Both the position numbers and the translations under genes were made by a program. A DNA stretch of 62,384 nucleotides, filler included, from Sphacelaria rigidula (Eukaryota): the NCBI GenBank assembly GCA_964200075.2. It is 10 parts of 10 records of this genome, joined end to end, with 100 filler letters (N's around TTAATTAATTAA, not from the genome) between each part and the next. Parts side by side here need not be neighbours in the genome. Positions count along the whole stretch, not along the records: positions 49,989 to 56,136 come from CAXNAA020021936.1; positions 56,237 to 62,384 come from CAXNAA020021937.1; 8 more parts are not named here. One strand, given 5' to 3'. This document shows, in pieces, positions 51,260-62,384 of this stretch (the stretch's first letter is position 1; each line of letters opens with the position of its first letter). The notes under the pieces are model-generated. The model was given only the letters and a program-made list of their open reading frames with translations, made no database searches and was not told where the DNA came from.

Positions 51260-52929
51260 TCGCACTTTAGGGCATACTGTGTATATGCAGCAAACCATAT
51301 TCTGGGCAAAATCGTCAACAGTTGACTACAAACGGCTGATGGTATATTCTGATACCTGCGAGGACCCCAATGAAACCGGATATAGGGGATAATCATGACG
51401 TTCAACCTCAGAAATCGTGCTCACTGCTGTGCCTACCCCCTCACAAATGAACGCAATATTTTTGAGTTGTGGTTTTGCTTTTGCCCTTGCCCTAGTTCAG
51501 GGTGAGTTGGTTCAATGCGATTGCGTTCCTCACGTTAGAATGAAAATCGTGACCTTCAGAGTCGTACAAACAGGTGCATTTGCTGTGCCAGCTTTGGAAG
51601 CATGCCCATCGCCGGCTGAGCGCGGAGCAGAGTAAGTGATGTCTCGCTGTGGACATGAAAACTACAAACATTCTACGGCAGGACCCGACATGCCATAGAC
51701 GAGGCATAATACCCCCGAGTGGCTAGCTTGCCAGTATCGATTTCCTCAGCAAGAAATAGTCGCGTACTACCATACCACTACATGCACTTTCATGACATGA
51801 TTTTGGCGAGGGTTAATTTCAACAAGGTAACTTCATCACCCACGGCATGCGCCACGCCTTTCATGTAGGTACACGCCTGCAAAAAGATGTGGTTCCAGAA
51901 CCGCCACGGCCCGGTGGTCTGATGGTATAACTGACTTTATCATGTCGGGGGAAAAACGCGGGCTCGATATCTGCCAGATGCGTCTACTCGTAGTTTTGCT
52001 TTCTTCTCACAAGTATCAGATTTTCGTAGTTGAAAACGGGCGGGCATGAGAAGCAAAATAAGCATGTTTGAATTTGTTGGACGATGGTCGACGCGGTGTG
52101 GGAGTACTAATTCAATCGGCGAACCGCAATGTATGGAGGCGTGTGCCGGGGGAGAGATAGGGGTGATTTCCTGGAACCACGCACTCGTCAAGAGAAAGGG
52201 AAGGGGCTAGAAGTGAGGCAAATAAACAAATAAACAAATTAATAAACAAATGCAACTCTTGTGTGCTATTTGCATTCCCGCACGCACTAGGGTGGTCTCC
52301 CCGAGATAGAGGTGGACGCTTGAGGAAGTGAGCGAGAAGATTGAACCCATTGAGCGAGTGCCTGAAGTGGTGGGCACTCTCGACCACGTTCTGTCCCCAA
52401 AAGATCCCGAGACACATGATCCTCAGGATGGCTGTACGTTGTGCGCGGACCTGAAGTTTGCGGTATAAGAATCAATGCCGGACGATGAACCCCGTGAGCC
52501 CAACCTGGGTGGGCGCCACCAGAACAAATGCCTGACTGTCCCAAATTGAAATTTTTTATCGTTGATCCCAGCATTTCAACGCGTCAATGCTGCTATATCC
52601 CCTCACTTGTGCCAATAGACCTCGTATGTGTAGCATCGACAAACACATCGTAAGCGCTCAGGAATGGGTCATTGGACATTGCGTAGTTGCGTCGGGCTGA
52701 GAAAACGGGAAGGGTCAGTAACGCGCACCTAAACCAGGAGGAGAAGAGCGCGCGTACCTATGGCCACGGGTCTGAACGCTGACGATTGATCGCGAGCACT
52801 GAAGATAGGCAATGTTGATGCAGTTTCGATGAAGATCCTGAATGTATGAATGAGTAGTCAAAAAAATAAGGACCCTCATCTATGAAAGAGATCCCCAACA
52901 GAAAATAGACAGAATACTAATCAAAGGGA

Positions 52930-53690
52930 CACTGCGCATCAACGCGGTAGGGTAACGGTACAAGCAGACGGTCAAGTTCGTCCACCTTTCTGCTGTCAGC
53001 GCAGATGCGAATATTTACATCGAAATCATACGCCGTATCAGCGCTGCGCGAGCACGCCTCCGAAAGTACAGTTCCCAGTTCTACGACCGGCTCAATGCCC
53101 AGCTACCTCTGAAATCCGACTGCTTAAAGCGGAGGTGGTCGAAGTTATGCTGTGCGGATGCGCTGAATGGACGCTGTGTCTCGAGGACTTCGAGAGTCTG
53201 CGCGATGTCAACCACCAGCTTCTGCTGCGCATGGTTGGATTCCGTAGGAAGGAGCGAACTGGCGACAAGACATGTGCTCGTGATGACCAACTGCGAACGT
53301 GTCAAGACGGTCATCCGCAAACATCAACTCATGTGTGCGGGGGCCCTTGTCCGGCAGGACGAAATACATACGCCATACAAAGCACGTCATGTTCGGACGT
53401 TCAGCCGAAAAGGGGCCGAAGGACGCTGGCCGCCCCCCTAAACACTGGGGGTGCGCCTCCAGGAGAAGCTACGCGCACTACGGGTTCTTCCACGCAAGGG
53501 AGCACGACGGAAATGGTTCGTCTACAGTGTGGAGGTCAAAGACGCACACGATTGGGCTACTGCGGCAAATAACATGTGAAGATGGTATTTTGGAGTCAGG
53601 AAAGGGGCGGAAGAGTTTGAGGAGACGGGCAACGCGAAGACAAACGCCAATCGTACCTGCACCACAAACGAGAGGCTGTTGCATGGAGAG
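52930..53690 (+). mobile_element. RTE-type LINE ORF2 C-terminal remnant
   Basis: YKQTVKFVHL...IEIIRRISAA...YDR...EVVEVMLCGCAEWTL...HQLLLRMVGFRRK...IRKHQL..AG.LVR...HVMFG, with multiple frameshifts. Confidence 0.85.
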
Positions 53691-55397
53691 CTGCCAATCG
53701 GAGAGTCCTTATCGCTGACACAAAAACACCAACAGCTCGCGAGGAATCAAGGGTGGAACTTGTCGAGGGATTATCCCACTTTGTACCCGACTAGGGATGA
53801 GTGGGGGAAGCCGGGCAAACATGGAAACTGATGAACCTCTGCCTCCTCTTATCGGTTGATGACTGTCCTTGGTGTGTGGTCGTGCGAGGTTACCTGTGCC
53901 TTTGTACATGCTCTGCTGTGTCCTTGGGTTTCATCTCATCCGTAGTTTTTCCTCGCTGTTTTCTCTTTACATTTATTTCGCTGTTTCTTCCCTCTCAGTG
54001 CTACACAAGTAGCAGTGTGTTGACTTGCTTCCGTATCGACGAGAGAGCTCGCACTCAAATGAAAAGCATGGCCGAGTCGGCTAAGTCACAATCTACTCCC
54101 ACGGCCCTCTCGTGTTGTTTTGCGTATGGATGCATGTGCTTTTCTGCGCAAGGCCTTTTCCACCTGAGGTTATGCTGGAGGGACCGGCCATTTATAGTTC
54201 CATCTCGTTTTTCTTCATTCACACACATATACATATAGCTCGTAATATAGATCTTCTCCGTTCCATTCCCTTAATTTTTCTCATGTGTGGTTTCTTTTTG
54301 TTTCGTTTTTTGTTTTTGGTTGTTTTCGTTTTCAGTTCTTCAGTTTCCTCCGTTTGATTGTTCGATCTTCTTGTGTATTGTGGTTGTTTTTTCAGCGAGC
54401 GTTTCCGCTTAGTTTACCTTGGGTGCGTCTATCTTGTGACCACGGCTGGGACCTTCGGGAATCAGTTGATATGCGACAATCAAAGGGGACCTTCCCTTGA
54501 TATCCCTCATTCAATATGAAAACGCTGACCACCGGTCAACAAACTAGTTACTATACGCCCCACTGGTGCACGGGTATGCCGCGGTGTTGTTGTGTACCCC
54601 CTTCTATAGTCTTGCTCGCGTGGGTACGGTACAAAGCTGAGGGTACGTCAACAAGTGTAGAGCCGGAAAGTGGGTGGCAAAGGTCTGCCCGGACGCCCAG
54701 CAGCTGGATCCGTACTTTTCCCCCCCAGGCCCACGCCGTCGCCGCCGCACAGAAATTATAGTGGTACCACGCAACTGGCAACATATTTACACACAGCAGC
54801 AGGTCACAAGAAAATTCTACTTGGCCTGTGTAGCTGGTCTTCATAGGTACAAGTTATTGGAGTCCTGCCGAGCTGTGATGGTGAAGCCCACGAAAAAGCG
54901 AGGTAAACGGAAATGCATTTCTGCAAATATCGCATTTTTTGGTGACGTGACGTTCATAGTTGTGAACTGCCATGATATCTGCCGATGAGGGATGCTTTCG
55001 CGCGCAATATCATTTCACCCCTGCCAGTACAGCCTGTGTTCTTTCTGTATCGAACACGGTTCTGAACGCCAGAATCGGGATGAATTTCGAATTCAGTGTG
55101 TACAAAAAGTGTATCTGCTGCGCCAACTTGGAGGAAGTATCGTTTCCGACAGAAAAGAGTCAGAGTTCTTCGACAATGTCGCAAGAAGATGTGTTACAGC
55201 TCAGGATCAGAATATTTATGGGTACGTACATATTCGATATGTGGGCTTTACCATGCCTCATATCCTTCGGGGGCGGTTGAGAAATCGCGTTCCACATGCA
55301 ATGATGGAATATGACTTGGGGGCTTGTACAAATTTCAGAATCTACAAAGATGTGTACGAGCTGGGCCAGCCGAGAAGCGATTCTGTAGGTTGCAGGA

Positions 55398-55667
55398 CCA
55401 TTATACGGCCAATATTTGGAGTTGGACCCTGAAATTTGGTATGGACAATGAATAGAGCATAATAAAACAAATTACCAGTGCGCACAAGTTTTTTTTCTTC
55501 ACATGAGTTAGGAGCCCTTTACCGATATCTGAAAACTGGTTATTGCCCTTAACTCATGAAAAAAAGAAAAAAAAAACTTGTGCGCACTGGTAATTTTCAT
55601 TATTATGCCCTATTCATTGTCCATACCAAATTTCAGGGTCCAACTCTAAGTATTGGCCGTATAATGG
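55398..55667. repeat. Inverted repeat (~110-bp arms), probably part of a palindromic transposon derivative
   Basis: CCATTATACGGCCAATA...GGACCCTGAAATTTGGTATGGACAATGAATAG and its reverse complement. Confidence 0.85.
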
Positions 55668-56136
55668 GCCGTTTAGTGACGGGGTCAGAAGAAATTCAGA
55701 ACAGTATTTTGCAGGCCAGTTACCGGCCCACGTTTGGTGTTTGTGTATTGAAACGGCATAATTGACAAAACAAAGTGGATCAGGCTGATGTTTTCCTATT
55801 TTTTCACTGGTCTAGGGCGTTTTAGTATGGACACCGCCATTGTTTTACGAGAACACTCAAACCTCTTCCGAAAAAAAAAACTGAGGGTCCATATTTTTTT
55901 TAGTCAGCATACCTCTGTGGTTCTTTATCCTGAGTTTCAAATTACAATTCTAAAAATTGAGCTATCAAAATGAGATAAGCCCATAAGCAGTGTTCATTTC
56001 TCCTCAAAACTGCCTCAAGAACCCGAAAAAAATGAAAAAAAAAAAACGAAAAAAAAAAAAAAACAGGTTTCTTATTGACTAAAGGGGCCTCCTATAAAAA
56101 TTTTTAATATAAATCTCTAAAAAATAATAACGCTTT

Positions 56137-56236
56137 NNNNNNNNNNNNNNNNNNNNNNNNNNNNNNNNNNNNNNNNNNNNTTAATTAATTAANNNNNNNN
56201 NNNNNNNNNNNNNNNNNNNNNNNNNNNNNNNNNNNN
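56137..56236. other. Artificial contig spacer
   Basis: Same 100-bp linker. Confidence 0.99.
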
Positions 56237-56717
56237 GGGAAGCTGGCTTCGCTCGGTCACAAGTGTTTCGCGTCATCCCTGCAAAAGAGAAATGCCACTT
56301 CAACCTCATATTTTGTATGAACCCCATGTTCTAGGATCCACTGTTAAAAGTAAATCGGGGGAGATGCAGGAGTGTCCCGATTTGGGCAGAAAGGTGATGA
56401 ATCAAAAGTCAACGTCCAGGAAATCGGAGAATTGATCTGGTTTGCTCACAGATAGGCGAAAAGCATTGCCCAACGGACTGGGGTCCGAAATATCAATCCA
56501 CGGGAGGAAAATCGCCCGTAGACGGGCTGAAATCCTCATATTTGTACAAATCGAGATTCGTCGCCATAAAAGTGGGTCTTACCTCGGGAGGCAGCAAGCA
56601 TCACTACGAACCGGCCAAATACCGCTCACCCACGCAACAATGCAGGGGAAGAATATTTATTTCTTCTCTGAGGGAAGTATACCCTGACGCATGTACTCTG
56701 AGTACAGTAAGCACTAC

Positions 56718-57056
56718 CTTGACGTATGTCGACCCGTCCGGCCGTTCATAGATGGCCAAATCGGTTGCATCACAGCCAGCAGCGGAGGAGCGTGTCCGGG
56801 TGTCAGATGAACACGCCCGACGGGCAACGCCACGATGGGTACTCGATTCTCCACTGCTCATGCCACCCAATTGTAGCGGTGGAGAGAAGCCCGTGGTTGT
56901 TGTTGGTCTCTTCACACACGGGCCCGCGCTTCTTGAGTTGCTACTGCTGCTACCACTACGGGTGCACGTAGTAAATCTCTCCCGGAATTGGCGGGTCGGA
57001 CTGGACCGTTGTAGCAAATCGAGCAACTGCTCATTGTAAATTTCAATGAAAGACAT
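56718..57056 (-). CDS. Kinesin motor domain exon (SFIEIYNE...DLL, loop 8)
   Basis: cag|MSFIEIYNEQLLDLL...DLAIYERPDGSTYVK|gtagtg; 113 open codons; in phase with the upstream exon. Confidence 0.9.
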
Positions 57057-57350
57057 CTGCTGCATCGCAGGGGAAATACGAATGGCAGCAGTAGGAACGG
57101 CCGGAGAAATGAAGAGGACAAGCCGGGGCTGCTGCATGCTGGCGAATATTTGGGCATGACCAAGCATCAGCGTACATGCATGGCGAGCTACTTTTTCCCG
57201 CCTTGTTGCGCAGTGAGTTGGTGTTTCGATGCGACCGTCCGTCGAAGCTGACTACTATATAGCACCAGGGACATGGAACGCAAGGCTACTGTTACGCTCT
57301 GCTTCCGGCTTAGCAAGGATAACGTCATCATATTGACTGGATGCACTCAC

Positions 57351-57496
57351 CTGAACGGTGACGGTTTGGTCTGCCTTCTTGCTCCTGACCGCGCGGAATA
57401 TATGACTCAAAGCCCTGGCGCACAGCCCACGTTGTTTGTCGCTCCCGCCTGCTTCGCCCATCATTGTGTACGTCTTGCCGGTTCCCGTGGAACCGT
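57351..57496 (-). CDS. Kinesin motor domain exon containing the P-loop (possibly kinesin-9-like)
   Basis: tgtag|(Y)GSTGTGKTYTMMG...RGLCARALSHIF...VTVQ|gtgagt. Confidence 0.92.
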
Positions 57497-59450
57497 CTAC
57501 AGGAGATACAAAAAAACAAAGAATTAAATTTTCAGGAAAATAAGATGGTCACAAATGCAAGTCGGGATTGATTGACCGGACGCGTTTTCACCATCTGGTC
57601 ACGTGAAAGGACGTGAATCAACAAGTAGTGCTGTACACACATAGTTGAACCGAGAACGCCTTCACTATTTCATCACATAAATATCCAGGATGATAAGTGA
57701 TGTATTGCGCACCAGCGAGTGCCCACGGTGTTGGTTTATCGTGCAACCGCCGTCTGGGATAAGGACGTTCATTGAAAAAAACCGCCTGTAATATCAAAAC
57801 CGTCTGGAATCTCCATCTGGGATGTGGATATCGATGGGCATCCCAGATGGATGTCCATATCCCGGGTGGATACCGTGGATGAAGGTCGTGTCGGGTTTTC
57901 TGTGCCTCTGACAGCCAGTGACCAAGGATATCATTATATCGAACATGATTGTTTGCAGTTCCTCGGCATTTGGAGGACGGCGCACGAAACTACCTTTCAG
58001 CGCTACCCTGTCTCACGACCATTGGCGCCCACTTCACGCCATACTACTGTATACGGTGGTTGAAGCACGTTTTTATATAGTTCGACTTGATTTCAGTGAA
58101 GCGTTGAAATGCTCGCTCGTACTTTCTTGTTACGCATTTCGCGGGAACACTTAGCGCACTCACCCAGTTCGCTTTGCTCACTTTGTGAGAAAGCGTTGCG
58201 GTGCTTCATCCCCATCGCATGGACGTTGTGCGAACAAAGTCAGATCGCACAGCGTCGTGTGAAGCGGTTTATGGAGCGTTTTCGCCGCCCTGGATTTCCG
58301 TAATTTTGCCCCCGTGCAGAAATGGCCCCCACCCAGTTTATGTCTTTGTCAATACTGTCTACTGTATTTTGTCTGCTGTCTACAACAGTGGTTCGCTCCT
58401 CTTTACCCTGATCCGCATGATGGGCGGATGGCCGTGCGAGATCGGTTATAACTTCTCTGCCCTGCGTATGAGACATCGAACACACTAGTGCTTATCGGAT
58501 TCCTGAACGCTTTCTGGCGTGCCAACGGCACAAAGGTGTCACGATAGTTGGGGCTTAGTGAAGGGCTCGGATCAACGTGGCGACGAAGGTCCTTTCACTT
58601 CTAGTAAACGCCGTGTCACGCGTAGTTTTCGATCACGTTGAGCATGATGTGCTAGGGCCGAGCTGACACGAACACACGAACAACCTTTGCGAGATGACCG
58701 AGTTGATAGTTAGCATGAGCGAATTGAACAAATGCTTGTTTCGACTTCGTTGTGCGAGCTTCGGGACATTGTGTCGTACACCTCGACGCTTTGCTATCGA
58801 AATAAGCTCGCAAATACTTGTGTTGACGTGATGATTTGCGTAGCCTAGCGTTTTTGGCTCCTTGATGCTGCGTGTGAAAACTTTTGAGCGCATTACAGGA
58901 TAAACTATGGAGAGTTGATAATATATTTTTTGAGCGAATGTGAATAATCGTTTGGCATGAGCACGTAGGTCGTGATTGGTTGTGAGGAAGTGGTCATGTC
59001 TGTGGTTCCTGGTTCAGGTGTGTTCCTGGCTATGTGTAGAATTTTTCAGTGGTTGTATAATGAACTTGATCGATTGATTGTTCCTGAAACTTGTGAAGTT
59101 GCAGTAGCATTCTTGGACAATGAACTGAGTTCGTACTCACGCAGACAATGGCGCCCAATTTATAGTGCGATATGATGGCGATGAAAGCGAGGGCGGCTCC
59201 AAATATATGATGGGTGGGCGCAGCCAGTTGCACTCGAGTTGCCCGCATTTTGGTAGTCAGTGAGCAGTTGGTCGGGGAGTCACGTAGTAGGCAACGATGT
59301 GCGTGGTACTGCCATCATTTATGGTACTACAATATGACTCAACAATCGAACCCGCGGTACCACACGATGCCGCGTTCAAGAATAATACTAATATACGCTA
59401 AACTTGAAGCCTGAAAGGGTAATGATCTTCACCTCACCATTTATTACTTC

Positions 59451-62311
59451 ACATCCTGGACAATAGACGGCATATATTGCAATAGCAATATAATCTGCTG
59501 CAGTAGATGCCAATATTGTCGTCCTTGATAGCTATCGATCGGCAAGCCTCTCTTTCTATTGTCGTCGGCAATGTCTATCGATATATCAGTTTCCCACACT
59601 TTTGCCCGGGTAGCAGTCTGTTGTGACCCTACACCGAAATATATTGGCATCTACTGCTCGGGCAGCAGTCTGTTGTGGCCCTACACCGAAATATATTAGC
59701 ATCTACTGCTGCAGTAGATGCCAAAACTGTTGCGGCCGACCAAATGTATCGATCGACAGTTTTCCAAATTTATTGATGACGGCAATGGCTATATCGATAG
59801 ACCACGTGCCAAATCTATTGATATCGACGATGACTATTGGCATTTTGTTCACCAAATCTATTGATGACGGCAATAATAGCTGTTTTTAGACTGCGCATAG
59901 AATCTATGAACGGCGGTCATGAATATCGATAGAGATACGTACCAGAATCTACTGCGGTATACAATGCCTACCGGTAGATATTCTCTGTTGTCTATAGCCC
60001 CACCTACAGTGCAACATACTACGTATAGAGCATGTTATACTCCGTTACGGTACCGTAGAGAAGCCGCAGGTGGATATGCAGTGGGTATATAATGATACTA
60101 CTTGTGACTACATGACGTCAGGTTTCTACAATTTTGGAACGCTTGTATTTTGTAGGAGTCCGCAATATGTGTAGACAAAAGTTTCCAAGTTTTGTTGTTG
60201 GTGTGGTGTTGGTACTTATGGTTGGCTCTCTGATGGACATGAGCGCGTACAGCACTTTTTTGTGTGGGTGAGATTTGTTTATACCCTGGACAATAGACTA
60301 TGTAATAGAACATTGGCGCTGCAATAGCCCCGAAAATTTGACTTTCAATGTTCATTGTCAGTCATAACCGACTAGTATCAATGTCTATCGGTAACTATTG
60401 TAGGCGACAATAGATTCGGGACAAGGGACATAATGTTTCATTGCCGTGACGATGGAGGGGCCAAGTTGTCTATCGATACATTTTATTTGTCGCATTAGGC
60501 TCTGAATCGCGGCCACCAATGTATACTGCTAATTACAATAGGATCTGCCACACGGCCAATACATATTGTTGGTCACAATAGGATCTAAATTGCGCCCACC
60601 AATGTCTATCGAGGGTCACAATATCATCTGAATTGCGGCCACGAATACCCGTTGCTGACCACAAAAGTAGCTGAATGGCATCGATCACTAGCGCCATGTA
60701 TGCACATTTTTCGATGCATGTTTCTACCTTATTGCACAGAAGCTATGGCCAGCTGTCGCCTCAGGTAGTTGCGTGTTCATGTGTGAGGGATATTGCCGTT
60801 GATGTCATACTTTCTCTGTCCCATAAGTCTGGTCGGTCATGTTTGTACGAGCCCTTACCCGTGTCCGATACGATTTTCGATGGGTCTCTTGGATTTCTCG
60901 GCTGGTAAAGTATGCGACCGAACGGCCGCAAAAAACTCAGTCGGTCCGAAAATGACCGTATTTCGCCCCTTAATCAGGGGCAAAAACAGTTTTAGAAAGG
61001 AATAATTGGTCAGTCGAGGAAATTTACGGTCGTCTCGTCCACCTGATCGCAGATGAAGTCGATTCGGCGAAGCTTTTGAGCAGGGGAAAGGGAGGGTTTG
61101 ATGCGGCGAGCCACCTTTACCACCCCTTTTTTCTTGAACCACCACCGCACGGTCTCCGTAATCCAGCCCGATGTCTTTTAGCTGGTCGTACACCTGCCGG
61201 AGAGTAAATGACCTATTCTGCTTGTTGACGTTCTTTGGCGCCGCAACCTTTGTTGGCTTGAGGAGCGACGGACGTACAGTCCTTTTGCTGTTCGAAATTT
61301 GCCCTCCTAGGTAGCGTCGATCTGGGCTTTGGCGTTCTCCCATAATTTCGTCGGATACTCGGGACCAACACCAGAGAGTTCGCAAATTGGCCCCAGCGAG
61401 CCCTTCGGCACCCTCACCTTGCCCGGTGAAATAACGAGCGCAACCTCCATTGCAATCGCATAGCGGCGACCCAATTGTAGCTCGTCACCCTTTCGGCGAG
61501 GGGGGAGGGGTACTCGGGGGCAAGTCCATCGTATTGTGATGTCTGTGGGTTTGGTGTGGGATGTTTAACACGGATTCTCAAAAAAATACTCTCAAAAACA
61601 ACCTCGTTTGAATTCTCCAAAAAAAACCATAATGGGTATATTCTGACCTGATTTTAGTGTTGCAAACGAGGTTCTTTTTCTGTTTTCTTTTTTCATCAGC
61701 TTTGTATGAGCTCTATCTTCTGTAGAACCCAAATATAAGGTCATCGTCAACACCGTTGTACCCAAACAAAAAACCACCCATGACCGACCAGACTTATGAG
61801 ACAGAGGAGGAAAGACCACTGCAGTTAGCAATATGTATTTTCAAAACCTATCGTTGGCGTCACTGGCTATCGATAGGTGCTTCCGAGAACAATTGATTGT
61901 TGACGGCAATGACCATATTGATAGATACCCAGAAATGCATTGTTGGCGGCAGAGGCTACCGATAAACGGCTCACATCATCTATTGATGGCGGCAAAAGGT
62001 CTTGATAGATGGCTCACCTACTAATCTATTGATGACGGCAATCACAATCGACGGATGGCTCACCAAATATATTGGTGACAGCAATGACTATCGATGGATG
62101 GCTCATTAAACCTATTGCTGACGGCAATGGCTATCGATATATACATCCCAGACTCTATTGCGGTACACGGTTTCCATCGATCGCAAGTGACCTCTGTTTC
62201 TTGTAATTGCCATAGGCTATCGATCGACTATTATCGCAACATATGTTGTCCCTTGTAATACATATCAATAGATGTGTTTGACTATCTATCGTGTTCGATA
62301 ATATATATGTA
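59451..62311. repeat. ATCGAT/CAATAG-rich degenerate ~40-bp repeat arrays within CCTGGACAAT-ended elements
   Basis: Recurrent CTATTGATGACGGCAAT..CTATCGATAG units; element starts at ~59453 and ~60283; 52-bp tandem duplication at ~59612-59710. Confidence 0.65.
60810..61810 (-). mobile_element. Internally deleted mariner element of the plant/DD39D type with Stowaway-like TIRs
   Basis: TA then CTTTCTCTGTCCCATAAGTCTGGTCGGTCATG, with the inverted copy ending at 61810. Frameshifted transposase remnant RSFTLRQV...WFKKKGVVKVARRIKPSLSPAQKLRRIDFICDQVD. Confidence 0.8.
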
Positions 62312-62384
62312 TGTGAGAAAGGCCTATCGCTAGAGTAGTCAGAGACCTACGGGGGGAGACTGCCGTCCTGATGCCGAAGGAACT
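62312..62384 (-). mobile_element. LTR 3' end of the same family as 22979-23330
   Basis: Reverse complement matches ~23259-23330 and ends ...CTCACA; no PBS follows, so it is a 3' or solo LTR. Confidence 0.9.

Noticed and set aside
6150..56236. Regular ~6.25-kb periodicity with TTAATTAATTAA motifs
   Set aside because: Artificial linkers between size-sorted contigs. Not biological, so no cross-contig gene neighbourhoods can be claimed.

Overview
This is not one continuous locus. It is ten short contigs (four of 6149 bp, six of 6148 bp) joined by 100-bp artificial spacers (44 N + TTAATTAATTAA + 44 N), so nothing can be inferred from adjacency across spacers. The DNA is eukaryotic, intron- and repeat-rich, and most likely brown algal (Phaeophyceae), an inference from the EsV-1-7 Cys-rich repeats and the LINE/Gypsy families. 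Host-gene fragments are few: two kinesin motor exons, two TAF13-like exons, a decayed kinase exon, a possible multi-pass membrane protein, and a disrupted EsV-1-7 repeat gene. Most of the rest is transposon debris: a non-autonomous chromodomain Ty3/Gypsy element with young LTRs, a second Gypsy pol pseudogene, LINE fragments, a plant-type mariner derivative, and hAT-, Harbinger- and foldback-type MITEs. The most notable pattern is a DNA-transposon family with GAG...CTC termini and a demonstrable 4-bp TSD (Sola2-like). It occurs in seven of the ten contigs, interrupts two ORFs and sits at four contig breaks. I found no CRISPR, rRNA or intact tRNA, and no complete novel multi-gene system. Most short ORFs in the supplied track are spurious.
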